NCBI GenBank assembly: GCA_964522765.1 | Contig: CAZFWZ010000001.1 | Coordinates: 1 to 63,549, forward strand | DNA: 63,549 bases | Source of the DNA: an uncultured Caulobacterales bacterium | GTDB lineage: Bacteria; Pseudomonadota; Alphaproteobacteria; Caulobacterales; Maricaulaceae | Direction of reading: 5' to 3' | Shown here: positions 39,625 to 48,835 of the stretch, one piece after another | How the letters are laid out: each line of letters starts with the position of its first letter | How positions within the stretch are numbered: the stretch's first letter is position 1 | The notes under the pieces: generated by a model | Database searches by the model: none | What the model was told of the DNA's origin: nothing | The model's input: only the letters and a program-made list of their open reading frames with translations | Made by a program: the position numbers and the translations under genes

Positions 39625-40828
39625 CGCCAACGCAGAACACGTTCTTATTCGTCACGGCCATGTTGAAAGCGCGGCTCATCTTGATGATGTGATGGATATG
39701 GAAGCTTTCATTGCCGCCAATGAAGGCGATGAAGTTAGCCTTCAAAATGATGTGGATTTGGCGGCCTTTGCCCCGCAGCTTCCCAAGCTGAAGACCATTC
39801 TTATTGATTTTCCAAGCTATGCCGATGGACGAGGCTTTTCTATCGCGCGCCAACTTCGCAAGACATATGGATTTAAGGGCACGATTATCGCGGATGGCCC
39901 GCTTATTCCTGACCAATACAGCATGGCGCTTCAATGCGGGTTTGACGCTGTGCGGCTGGACGGCAAAACCTTTGCTATCCAAGCTGAAAGCGATTGGTTT
40001 AACGCTATGGACGCTTTTGCGGGTGCCTATCAGCGTGGCTATACGGTCAAAAACGGTCCCGCGACGAGCATTTTTGATGCGCGCAAGACGTCTGCCGCCG
40101 CATTGAAACAAGCCGAGCAGGGCACTATTGATCCTTATTTTGGCCTCTCTGCCCATAAGGCGATTGACCGGGCACTGGAGGAATATAACGGGAAAATCGC
40201 GCTAGTCTCTTCGCTAGGCGTAGACTCTGTTGTGCTGCTTCATATGGTGTCGCAAATCGACAAAGACGTGCCCGTTATTTTCCTTGATACAGGTAAGCAC
40301 TTTCGCGAAACGCTTGCTTATCGTGATATGATTATCGATGACTTAGGGCTCACGAACTTCCAAAGCATCCGCCCTGATCCTAAAGCGGTGAAATCTGAGG
40401 ACCCGAACGGTGACCTGAATGAACATGCGCCGGACAGCTGTTGTGATCTGCGCAAAGTGCGCCCGCTCGACAGCGTCATTTCTGGCTATGAAGCGCGCAT
40501 TACAGGCCGCAAGCGCTACCAAACCGCCGACCGCGCGAACATGCCAATCCTTGAGAAAATCGGTCGCCAAGCCAAAATTAATCCGCTCGCCTATTGGCAC
40601 GCCAAAGACGTCACCGCTTACATTCAAAAGCATGACCTCCCGCCGCATCCTATGCTTGCGCTTGGCTTTTTGTCTATTGGTTGTCAGCCCTGCACGACCC
40701 GCGTTGCCGAGGGCGAAGACCCACGCGCGGGTCGTTGGCGTCACCACGATAAAACCGAATGCGGCATTCATTACATCGACGGAAAATGGGTTCCGATTGA
40801 AGAAAATAAAACGTTTGAGGTATTCTAA
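39611..40828 (+). CDS. cysH: DUF934-CysH fusion (4Fe-4S APS-reductase type)
   Basis: N-half IDFPSYADGRGFSIARQLR...DQY...CGFDA...YQ (DUF934); C-half FLDTG, CCDLRK, ITGRKR, SIGCQPCT, RAGRW, ECGIH; start ATG 39611 after GGAGG. Confidence 0.92.
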   Translation: MEPLSANAEHVLIRHGHVESAAHLDDVMDMEAFIAANEGDEVSLQNDVDLAAFAPQLPKLKTILIDFPSYADGRGFSIARQLRKTYGFKGTIIADGPLIPDQYSMALQCGFDAVRLDGKTFAIQAESDWFNAMDAFAGAYQRGYTVKNGPATSIFDARKTSAAALKQAEQGTIDPYFGLSAHKAIDRALEEYNGKIALVSSLGVDSVVLLHMVSQIDKDVPVIFLDTGKHFRETLAYRDMIIDDLGLTNFQSIRPDPKAVKSEDPNGDLNEHAPDSCCDLRKVRPLDSVISGYEARITGRKRYQTADRANMPILEKIGRQAKINPLAYWHAKDVTAYIQKHDLPPHPMLALGFLSIGCQPCTTRVAEGEDPRAGRWRHHDKTECGIHYIDGKWVPIEENKTFEVF

Positions 40829-40834
40829 CTCCAA

Positions 40835-40857
40835 CCCTTCCTCACTTTGGGGTAGGG
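40835..40857. terminator. Imperfect hairpin between convergent genes
   Basis: CCCTTCCTCA-CTT-TGGGGTAGGG. Confidence 0.35.
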
Positions 40858-40867
40858 AGGTATTTCC

Positions 40868-41290
40868 CTATTTCCGCTGCTGAAAAACACCGCTTAAGAC
40901 GGGTTTGTTTTGATAGACAATATCAACAACATCCCCTGCTTTAATTTGCGGAAACGGGACGTCGTCGTCGCTCCAATGTTCGAACTCAGCTTCGAGGTCA
41001 CGTTTGACCGTAATCTGAGAGAGTAGCTGCCGATTGATATAAACCGCCAGCGTATCGCCGGGCTCAAGCGGCAGACGTTCCACTTCAATTTCAATTTTAT
41101 GGGGTTTGCCCTCTTTGAAAATGGAATAATCCGCTTCGGGACGGCACGTCGCAAACCTTTGGTCGAGCACGTTGAAATCCGCCGCGAAGCGTGTTTTCAC
41201 AACACCGCCTTTGCCTCCACCTAACATTTTCAAGAAGAAGAAAACGAAGATTAAAGCGATGGCGCCGAAGATGATAGTAAAGAAATCCAT
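40868..41290 (-). CDS. Hypothetical membrane-anchored beta-rich protein
   Basis: N-terminal TM helix, GGGKGG linker, alternating beta-strand pattern. Confidence 0.75.
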   Translation of the reverse strand: MDFFTIIFGAIALIFVFFFLKMLGGGKGGVVKTRFAADFNVLDQRFATCRPEADYSIFKEGKPHKIEIEVERLPLEPGDTLAVYINRQLLSQITVKRDLEAEFEHWSDDDVPFPQIKAGDVVDIVYQNKPVLSGVFQQRK

Positions 41291-41341
41291 ACGTATATTA
41301 TGATCGCAAAAGCCAAATGCGGCAAGGTAAAATCATTCGAC

Positions 41342-41950
41342 TTACTTATGCCGCTCCTTAAGCTCCGTAATTACATCGATGAATTTTACGTCTTTCGCGG
41401 CGAGCAATACCATCAAGTGATAGATTAAATCCGCGGACTCGCTCACGAGTTTATCGTCCGTTTCGGCCACGGCGGCCAGCGCGGTTTCCACGCCTTCTTC
41501 GCCGACTTTTTGCGCGGCGCGGCGTAGCGGTCCTTGGAGGAGGGAGGCGGTATAGCTGCTGTCTTTATCAGCCGTTTTGCGGCCTTCAATGAGGTCTTCG
41601 AGATAGCTCAAAAAACCTAGCCCTTGCGGGCCTTTATCTCCAAAGCATGATGTCGTTTCAAGGTGGCAAGTTGGACCTTTTGGTACGGCGCGCACTAGGA
41701 AAGTATCCTTATCGCAATCCACTTCTATACTCTTAAGCGTGAGCGTGTTTCCGCTCGTCTCGCCCTTGGCCCAAAGCTCTTTTCGAGAGCGTGACCAGAA
41801 TGTGACAAGCCCTGTCTCTTGCGTCTTTTCAAGGCTCTCCGCGTTCATATAACCCAGCATCAAAACCTGCTCCGTACAGGCATGCTGGACTATAGCGGGA
41901 ACGAGGCCGCCCCCTTTTTTCCAATCAATTTTTTTAGCGTCAATTTTCAT
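41342..41950 (-). CDS. hisIE: Bifunctional PR-AMP cyclohydrolase / PR-ATP pyrophosphatase
   Basis: SRSR..LWAKGETSG, DCDKD, GPTCH...SCF, SYTASL, QKVGEEGVE, ADLIYH. Confidence 0.97.
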   Translation of the reverse strand: MKIDAKKIDWKKGGGLVPAIVQHACTEQVLMLGYMNAESLEKTQETGLVTFWSRSRKELWAKGETSGNTLTLKSIEVDCDKDTFLVRAVPKGPTCHLETTSCFGDKGPQGLGFLSYLEDLIEGRKTADKDSSYTASLLQGPLRRAAQKVGEEGVETALAAVAETDDKLVSESADLIYHLMVLLAAKDVKFIDVITELKERHK

Positions 41951-42718
41951 CTAAAGTCTCATCTCTATGCCGGCGGCTTTAAGGTCGGCTTTAAGGGTAG
42001 GAATGGGTAGCACGTTTTTATGAAAGACGCTCGCCGCCAACGCGCCGTCAACATCGGCCTGCTTAAAGACATCCTCAAAATGCTCGGTTGCGCCTGCGCC
42101 GCCAGAAGCGATAAGAGGCACATTGCAGATCGCGCGAACAGCCTTCAGCTGCGCAATATCATAGCCTTTGCGAACGCCGTCTTGGTTCATACAGTTGAGC
42201 ACAATTTCGCCTGCGCCGCGCTCTATGACTTCAGTGACCCAGTCCAGCGAGAGCCGTCCTGTTTGGCGCATTTTATCGGGGTCGCCCGTATGGCTGCGCA
42301 CGTGATAGATTCCGTCCTTCTCATAGCTATCAATACCCACGACAACGCATTGCGCGCCATAAGCTTCGTTCAGTTCATTGATTAATTCTGGTCGCATTAG
42401 GGCGGGGGAATTGACGCTAATTTTATCAGCTCCCGCCGCAAGGCGGGCGCCGGCCGCTTCGACCGAACTTATCCCGCCTGCCACGCAGAACGGAATATCG
42501 ATGGCGCGGCTGACTTTGGCAATCCAATCTGGGCTGACTTCGCGTTTATCTGTGCTGGCCGTGATATCGTAAAATACAAGTTCATCGGCGCCTTCGTCGC
42601 GGTAACGTATGGCGAGATCAATAATGCCCCCCACGTCGACATGGTCGCGAAATTGCACGCCTTTCACCACGCGTCCATCACGCACATCAAGGCAAGGTAT
42701 GATGCGCCGTGCTAACAT
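41951..42718 (-). CDS. hisF: IGP synthase cyclase subunit
   Basis: [52 protein letters not shown]. Confidence 0.98.
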   Translation of the reverse strand: MLARRIIPCLDVRDGRVVKGVQFRDHVDVGGIIDLAIRYRDEGADELVFYDITASTDKREVSPDWIAKVSRAIDIPFCVAGGISSVEAAGARLAAGADKISVNSPALMRPELINELNEAYGAQCVVVGIDSYEKDGIYHVRSHTGDPDKMRQTGRLSLDWVTEVIERGAGEIVLNCMNQDGVRKGYDIAQLKAVRAICNVPLIASGGAGATEHFEDVFKQADVDGALAASVFHKNVLPIPTLKADLKAAGIEMRL

Positions 42719-42728
42719 GTGAAAAGGT

Positions 42729-43454
42729 CTAGCATTTAAGCGCTTCGCCTAGCGTAAATTTATTCTCATAGAGGGCTTTGCCAATAATGATGCCGTGCGG
42801 GTTGAGGGCTTTGAGGTCTTTGACATCGTTGAGCGTGCCAACGCCGCCAGAGGTAATTAGTTCCAGCGTTGGAAACTCAAGCTGAATGCGTTTGTAAAGC
42901 TCGACATTGGCCCCGCCCAATACGCCGTCGCGCGCTATATCGGTAACGAGAACTGTTTTTAGGCCGCTGCCGAGAAAATCTTTCAGCACGTCCCACAGCG
43001 GCTTCTCTGCCGTTTCCGTCCAGCCGCGTGTGGCGGGGTAGGGCTCGCCGTCTTCGCCAATGTTTACATCAAGCGCAACTACAATGCGGTCCGGCCCGAA
43101 ATTAGAAATCCAGAACTTCACCATTTGCGGGTTTGTTACGGCGAGAGAGCCGATAACAACACGCTGCACGCCGCCTTGGAGTAGGCGCTCAATCTGTCCA
43201 ATCTCGCGAATACCACCGCCCGTCTGCACCTTCAGCCCGCTTTCATTCGCTATTTTAATGATAAGGTCAGTCTGCTCTGTTTTCCCATGCTTTGCACCGT
43301 CCAAATCGACAATATGCATCCACTCAGCGCCCATTCGAGCGCATTCGGTAGCAACGTCCATAGGCGAAATATCGTAATTTGTACGTTGTTTGAAGTCGCC
43401 TTTGAACAATCGCACGCAGCCGCCGTCCATCAAATCAATTGCCGGATAAATCAT
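42729..43454 (-). CDS. hisA: ProFAR isomerase
   Basis: [40 protein letters not shown]. Confidence 0.97.
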   Translation of the reverse strand: MIYPAIDLMDGGCVRLFKGDFKQRTNYDISPMDVATECARMGAEWMHIVDLDGAKHGKTEQTDLIIKIANESGLKVQTGGGIREIGQIERLLQGGVQRVVIGSLAVTNPQMVKFWISNFGPDRIVVALDVNIGEDGEPYPATRGWTETAEKPLWDVLKDFLGSGLKTVLVTDIARDGVLGGANVELYKRIQLEFPTLELITSGGVGTLNDVKDLKALNPHGIIIGKALYENKFTLGEALKC

Positions 43455-44050
43455 ACGTTTACTTTCAGAAAATTAGATAATATTCGCGCCCCTACCGCGC
43501 TGCTGCGCTCGGGATGAAACTGGCACCCCCACACATTTTTATGACGCACGACGGCGCTGAAAATTAGCCCATACGTCGAGGTCACAAGCGTCGCGCGGCT
43601 GATAGGCGCGGCGTAGCTATGGACGAAATAGGCGTGGTCACCTGCAGCAATGCCATCAAGAATAGGATCGGTTTTTATCGGCTCTAATGTGTTCCAGCCC
43701 ATGTGAGGAGATGGCAAATCACCCGTATGAAGGCGCGAAATTGTGCCGGGCACAAGGCCTAAGCCTTTTGTGTCGGCACCGCCTTCTTCGAGCGTATCAA
43801 AGATAATCTGCATACCTAAGCATATCCCCATAACGGGCTGCGTCAAACTTTGCAGTACAGGTGTCAATCCGCGCGCATGAATATTTTCCATCGCTAGCGG
43901 GGCGGCGCCAACACCGGGAATAATCACGCGCTCTGCCGCTGCAATCATCGACGGATCATGCGAAACAACAGGCTTTACGCCCATTCGCTCAAAGGCAAAG
44001 ACCACGCTGGCCAGATTGGCCACGCCTGTATCAACAATGACTAGGCTCAT
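43451..44050 (-). CDS. hisH: IGP synthase glutaminase subunit
   Basis: PGVG, GICLGMQ, PHMGWN, YFVHSY, QFHPERS. Confidence 0.97.
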   Translation of the reverse strand: MSLVIVDTGVANLASVVFAFERMGVKPVVSHDPSMIAAAERVIIPGVGAAPLAMENIHARGLTPVLQSLTQPVMGICLGMQIIFDTLEEGGADTKGLGLVPGTISRLHTGDLPSPHMGWNTLEPIKTDPILDGIAAGDHAYFVHSYAAPISRATLVTSTYGLIFSAVVRHKNVWGCQFHPERSSAVGARILSNFLKVNV

Positions 44051-44051
44051 T

Positions 44052-45692
44052 TTAAATCACACCCTTTGTAGAGGCTATTTCAGTGCCCTCACGGGCGAAG
44101 GCAGGGCGAAGCGCGCGGGCGACGCCTTTAAAGCTCGCCTCAATCATATGATGGGTGTTCTCGCCCTCAACATCAATTTGTATGGCTGCGCCTAAGGTTT
44201 GCGCAAGGCTTTCGAACACATGCGGGCACATTTCCGCGGGAAACTCGCCGACATGATCCGTGGGAAATGCGCCTTTAAAAGTCATGGCTGGCCGGCCAGA
44301 CAAATCGACGGCGACGCGGGCCTGTGTTTCGTCCATCGGCATAACAAAGCCAAAACGACCAATGCCCGCCTTATCGCCAAGCGCTTGCTTGAGCGCCGTG
44401 CCGAGCGCGAGCGCGCAGTCTTCAACCGTGTGGTGGGCGTCAATCTCAAGATCACCTTTGCAAGTGAGCGTAAGCCCAAAGCCGCCGTGCTTGGCGAGCG
44501 CTTCGAGCATGTGGTCATAAAACCCAATGCCCGTGTCGACTTTAATGAGTTTAGTATCATCAAGATTAACCCGCACCGAAATATCAGTCTCTTTAGTTTT
44601 GCGGTGCATTTCGCCAATGCGGTCAGGACGTTTTTCATCTCCGCTTATACCAAAGGCGGCGAGAGCGATTGTGTTCTCTTCAGGCGTACCGATTGAGATA
44701 CGCATATGACCCGTTGTGCTGCGGTAGTCTCTGATTTTTACGTTGCGCCGCGAGAGTTCCCGCATCAAGCGGGCATCTTCTTGAACATCAATCAACAGAA
44801 AATTTGCCTCTGAAGGCCAGATTTTTTTGATAAAGGGTGATTTTTGCAGTTCCGTAAACATGCGATCACGCTCTGAAATCCACTCCGCAAGGCGGGCGGC
44901 ATGTGTACTCATCGCAGCAGGCGATAACGCCTCTAAAATAGCGTCTTCGACAGGGCGCGCAATTGGATAAGGCGGTAAAACTTTCAGCATAAGCTCAATC
45001 ACGCGCGGGTCGGCTATGGCTACGCCGCCGCGAACGCCTGCCAGCGAATAAGCCTTGGACAGCGTACGCATGATAAATAAGTTTGGGAACTCTAGCGTTT
45101 TGGGAATGTAACTCGGCGCGGTTGAGAACTCTTCATAAGCTTCGTCAATTGCGATTATAATGTTTGGAAACCGCGTGCAAAGCTGTTCAACAAGGTCGTC
45201 TTTGATGATGCCGCCTGTTGGATTGTTAGGCGTGCAAAGGAAAATGACTTTGAGGTTTTCGGCCTCTTCTGCGGCCTTGATAATTGCGGCGCTATCCCAA
45301 TCATAATCATCCTTTAGCGGTACATCGATAATGCCTGCGCCTTGGATTTGCGCGCAGGTTTTATAATAACCAAATGTCGGGCTGCAGATGAGGATGTTGT
45401 CTTGTCTGTCCTCAATAAATGTACGCAGCAAAACTTCAATCGCTTCATCCGCGCCGCGCCCCACAAAAAGGTGGTCTTTGGTTGTGCCGTAAAGGTCCGC
45501 GAGGCGCGAAACAAGGTTAGGCGGTTGTTGTTCTGGATAGCGGTTGTAGTCCTCTGCGCCGCGCACAGGTGGCGGAGCGTAGGGAGACTCATTGGCATCA
45601 AGGTGCAGCGCGCCAGTCGCACCGCCCCGCGCGCTATAGGCGGAGAAATCAACAATAGCTTTGCGGGCAATATTATACGGGAATTTTGTCAT
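44052..45692 (-). CDS. hisCB: Fused histidinol-phosphate aminotransferase (HisC, about aa 1-357) and IGP dehydratase (HisB, about aa 358-546)
   Basis: HisC: LDANE, GADEAI, PNNPTG, DEAY, RTLSKAY; HisB: RKTKETDI, FYDHML, DAHHTVED, PMDE, NTHHMIEASFK; single uninterrupted ORF. Confidence 0.93.
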   Translation of the reverse strand: MTKFPYNIARKAIVDFSAYSARGGATGALHLDANESPYAPPPVRGAEDYNRYPEQQPPNLVSRLADLYGTTKDHLFVGRGADEAIEVLLRTFIEDRQDNILICSPTFGYYKTCAQIQGAGIIDVPLKDDYDWDSAAIIKAAEEAENLKVIFLCTPNNPTGGIIKDDLVEQLCTRFPNIIIAIDEAYEEFSTAPSYIPKTLEFPNLFIMRTLSKAYSLAGVRGGVAIADPRVIELMLKVLPPYPIARPVEDAILEALSPAAMSTHAARLAEWISERDRMFTELQKSPFIKKIWPSEANFLLIDVQEDARLMRELSRRNVKIRDYRSTTGHMRISIGTPEENTIALAAFGISGDEKRPDRIGEMHRKTKETDISVRVNLDDTKLIKVDTGIGFYDHMLEALAKHGGFGLTLTCKGDLEIDAHHTVEDCALALGTALKQALGDKAGIGRFGFVMPMDETQARVAVDLSGRPAMTFKGAFPTDHVGEFPAEMCPHVFESLAQTLGAAIQIDVEGENTHHMIEASFKGVARALRPAFAREGTEIASTKGVI

Positions 45693-46990
45693 GTCTGATT
45701 GCTCTGTAATCTCAAAGAGACGGCACGTCTATGGGCTTCAAGCCCTTCCATATCGGCGAGAGTTTCTACTGTGGGGCCAAGTAACTCTAATCCTTCGCGG
45801 GTCAATTTTTGCACGCTGATATATTTAATAAAACTCTCAAGCGTGACCCCGCTATAGGCGCGCGCAGCGCCGTAGGTCGGCAATGTGTGGTTTGTACCAC
45901 TGGCATAATCCCCCACGGATTCGGGCGTCCAAGGTCCAATAAAAATAGACCCTGCATTGCGAATGGCCGGGACAAATGTCTCTGGATTGTTGGTTTGGAG
46001 GATGAGGTGCTCTGGCGCGTAGCTATTGACTATATGTGCAATCGTTGGCCGTCCATTGGCCACAATAAGCCTCGCAAATTTCAGTGCGCTTTCAGCAATA
46101 TCGCAGCGCGGCAGTGTTTTGACTTGTGACAAAACTTCTTCTCGTACGCGGGCCGCGACGCTTTCGTTAACGCAGATACAGACCACTTGCGCGAGCGTGT
46201 CATGTTCGGCTTGGGATAGAAGGTCAGAGGCGACAAAGGCCGGATTACATTTCTCGCCTGCAACAACCATGGCTTCGCTAGGGCCTGCCGGCATATCAAT
46301 CGCGGGGCCGCCGGGTTCTTGCGCGGTAAGGGATTTTGCAGTGGCGACATAGGTATTTCCGGGGCCAAAAATTTTATCGCATTTTGGGACGGACCGTGTT
46401 CCGTATGCCATCGCGGCAATCGCCTGCGCGCCGCCGCAGGCATAAAGCTCTGTTACGCCGCAGCGGTAGGCTGCCCCCAATATGGCGGAGTTTACTTTTC
46501 CATCTTTGCCTGGGGGGGTGACGACAACACGCCGCTTCACACCTGCTACTTTAGCGGGGATAGCCAGCATCATTAGTGTAGAGACAAGCGGCGCCGTACC
46601 GCCGGGGACATAAAGCCCCGCTGTCTCAATCGCGCGGGATTCACGGCGGCAGATCACGCCAGGCATAGTTTCGATTTCTATGTCTTGAGGTTTCTGGGCG
46701 TTGTGGAAAGTTTTGATGTTTTTCTGCGCTGTTTTTATTGCGTCCTTTTGTGCATCAGGCAGGGACTTCCATGCCTTGCGCATATCAGCTTCGGAAACTC
46801 TCAGGCGAGAGAGTGTGACGCCGTCAAATTTAGCTGTGTAATCCAGAACGGCTTGGTCACCACCGTTCTTCACGTCTTGAAGGATATAACTGACGTCTTC
46901 GGTGAGTTTGGAGTCCGATAGCGCGCTAGGCCGAGCAAGGGCGTCTGCTTGCTCAGATTCGCTTAAATCTTTCCAAATCAGCGTTTTCAT
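45689..46990 (-). CDS. hisD: Histidinol dehydrogenase
   Basis: GLYVPGG, GGAQAIAA, KIFGPGN, IDMPAGPSE, LSQAEH, APEHL, GDYASGTNHTLPT. Confidence 0.98.
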   Translation of the reverse strand: MKTLIWKDLSESEQADALARPSALSDSKLTEDVSYILQDVKNGGDQAVLDYTAKFDGVTLSRLRVSEADMRKAWKSLPDAQKDAIKTAQKNIKTFHNAQKPQDIEIETMPGVICRRESRAIETAGLYVPGGTAPLVSTLMMLAIPAKVAGVKRRVVVTPPGKDGKVNSAILGAAYRCGVTELYACGGAQAIAAMAYGTRSVPKCDKIFGPGNTYVATAKSLTAQEPGGPAIDMPAGPSEAMVVAGEKCNPAFVASDLLSQAEHDTLAQVVCICVNESVAARVREEVLSQVKTLPRCDIAESALKFARLIVANGRPTIAHIVNSYAPEHLILQTNNPETFVPAIRNAGSIFIGPWTPESVGDYASGTNHTLPTYGAARAYSGVTLESFIKYISVQKLTREGLELLGPTVETLADMEGLEAHRRAVSLRLQSNQT

Positions 46991-47871
46991 TAGGCCATCA
47001 TCTTTTCAATGGGCAGCACCAATATAGAGCGCGCGCCAAGGGCTTTAAGGTCTTCGAGTGTTTCCCAAAAGACGTTTTCTGTGCATACGGCCTGCATAGA
47101 GACGAGGTCACCCGCGAGCGGGATAATTGTCGGCGCGTCGGAGCCAGGTAGAATTTGCGTGATAGCGTCGACCGCGGATTTGGGTGCGTTGAGCATAATA
47201 TATTTTGTCTCGGTCGATTTTAATACGCCGTCAATGCGGCTTTTAAGCTTTTCAAAGACTTCCGATTTTGCGGCTAGCATCTCGCGTTTAGAACTGATCA
47301 GCACGGCTTCAGAGTTTAGGATAGTTTCGAAGGCCGTTAGACCATTAGCTTCGAGCGTCGCGCCAGATGAGACGAGGTCGCAAATGCTCTCTGCGATGCC
47401 AATAGACGGAGCGAGTTCAACCGCGCCTTTCATTTCGACCATAGTCGCGTTGATTTTCTTCTCAGCGAGATATTGCCCCAAAACGCCAGGATAGGTCGTG
47501 GCTATGGTCGTGCCGTTAAGCTGCTTTGCGGAGGTGATGCCGCTACTGTCGCTAGCTGCAAGACAAAGCTTACAACGCGAAAACCCAAGCCGCATGGTGA
47601 TAGTTGCATCCAGCGGCGCCTTGGCGGAAAGCTGTTCTTCAACCAAAACATTTTCGCCGACAATACCAATATCTGCCGCGCCCGAAGCGACAAATGAGGG
47701 AATGTCGTCATCACGCACGAGCAGTAAATCAATCGGCATATTCTTGACTCGGGCCAGCAAACCGCCGCCGCGAATAGCAAAGCGCAGGCCGCATTTTTTT
47801 AGGAGCGCATAGCTGTCATCAGCAAGCCGCCCCTTTTTTTGAAGGGCAATCCGTAATCTTTGTTCAGTCAT
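46990..47871 (-). CDS. hisG: ATP phosphoribosyltransferase, long form
   Basis: RIALQKKGRL, RDDDIP, ATTYP, GAVELAP, DLVSSGATL; C-terminal regulatory domain ending GARSILVLPIEKM. Confidence 0.97.
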   Translation of the reverse strand: MTEQRLRIALQKKGRLADDSYALLKKCGLRFAIRGGGLLARVKNMPIDLLLVRDDDIPSFVASGAADIGIVGENVLVEEQLSAKAPLDATITMRLGFSRCKLCLAASDSSGITSAKQLNGTTIATTYPGVLGQYLAEKKINATMVEMKGAVELAPSIGIAESICDLVSSGATLEANGLTAFETILNSEAVLISSKREMLAAKSEVFEKLKSRIDGVLKSTETKYIMLNAPKSAVDAITQILPGSDAPTIIPLAGDLVSMQAVCTENVFWETLEDLKALGARSILVLPIEKMMA

Positions 47872-47874
47872 TTT

Positions 47875-48192
47875 TTAATCCTTTAGGCGGTCAAGAACCG
47901 CACGGTAGCCTTGGTGAGGCTCATCTTTTAAAAAACGCGCCACGCGCCCTATTGTTGTCGTACTTACGCCAGTGTCGGCGTTGATATCGCGGTAGCTCAT
48001 CTCTGTGCGGTCAAGCAGGCAGGCCACATGCCAGCGCTCGGAAAGGGCCCGCAGCTCGGCGGGTGTGCAAAGGTCAATCAAGAAGCGCTCCATTTCGGCA
48101 GCGTCTTTAACGGAAATCAGCGCGCGCGCAAGCTCAGCCCGGCTGACGCCTTGCGCGGTCTTAGTCGTTTCATTTGCTGTTACAAAGGCCAT
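47875..48192 (-). CDS. YerC/YecD family TrpR-like repressor (HisR-like)
   Basis: FLIDLCTPAELRALSERW..A..L, SYRDI...TGVSTTTIGRVARFL, GY; start moved to ATG 48192. Confidence 0.92.
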   Translation of the reverse strand: MAFVTANETTKTAQGVSRAELARALISVKDAAEMERFLIDLCTPAELRALSERWHVACLLDRTEMSYRDINADTGVSTTTIGRVARFLKDEPHQGYRAVLDRLKD

Positions 48193-48207
48193 ATTGTGTC
48201 CGTGTGA

Positions 48208-48249
48208 GTGTGTTATCTCGCTAATACACAGGGGCGATGAGGCTGACAA
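48208..48249 (-). promoter_or_regulatory. his operon promoter and overlapping palindromic operator
   Basis: TTGTCA-N17-TATTAG (48249-48221) on the minus strand; palindrome GTGTRTTA-N6-TAAYACAC at 48208-48229. Confidence 0.7.
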
Positions 48250-48376
48250 GAGAAAAATGACAATAGCCTTGCAAATTCATCGGACATACACGCTTGCAAA
48301 ATTGTCTATACGGCCTTATAGCAACACCAAATCAGGCGGCCACCCGTGGTAGGCCGCTTTTGCTATTGGAGTATCT

Positions 48377-48751
48377 ATGGCCCGCGTTACTGTTGAAGAT
48401 TGTATTGAAAAAGTTGAAAATCGCTTTGATCTTGTTCTTATGGCGGCTCACCGCTCGCGTAATATTTCTGCGGGGTCTGCCCTGACAGTTGACCGTGATA
48501 ACGATAAGACGCCTGTTGTTGCGCTTCGCGAGCTTGCTGAAGAAACACTCGATATGGGTGATCTTCGCGAAAGCCTAATTTCAAACCTACAGCGCGTTAT
48601 TACTGATGATGACATGCCGACCGAAGAAGAGCAGGCACCCGTTCTTGCATTGGGCCATGGCGACGCTGAAGCACCAAAAGAAATGTCAGAAGCTGACCTT
48701 CTTCGCGCCATGCAAAGCGACCGGGACAACGATAATTCTAATCGGTTCTAA
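48377..48751 (+). CDS. rpoZ: RNA polymerase omega subunit
   Basis: [21 protein letters not shown]...[10 protein letters not shown]; alphaproteobacterial acidic tail. Confidence 0.98.
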   Translation: MARVTVEDCIEKVENRFDLVLMAAHRSRNISAGSALTVDRDNDKTPVVALRELAEETLDMGDLRESLISNLQRVITDDDMPTEEEQAPVLALGHGDAEAPKEMSEADLLRAMQSDRDNDNSNRF

Positions 48752-48773
48752 GCTCTGCCACAGTGAGTATAAG

Positions 48774-48799
48774 AAGCTGCCCCGCAAGGCAGCTTTTTT
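48774..48799 (+). terminator. Intrinsic terminator after rpoZ
   Basis: AAGCTGCC-N6-GGCAGC followed by TTTTTT. Confidence 0.85.
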
Positions 48800-48835
48800 A
48801 TTGGCCAAAATACAAATCCCAGATAGGCTGAGCTT

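Noticed and set aside
48193-48249. In-frame His codons (HSHGH) upstream of the yerC-like gene, suggesting a His leader peptide
   Set aside because: The only upstream start (TTG 48249) is the predicted -35 box, so it would lie outside the transcript. There is no attenuator hairpin, and the CAC repeats abut the operator arm.
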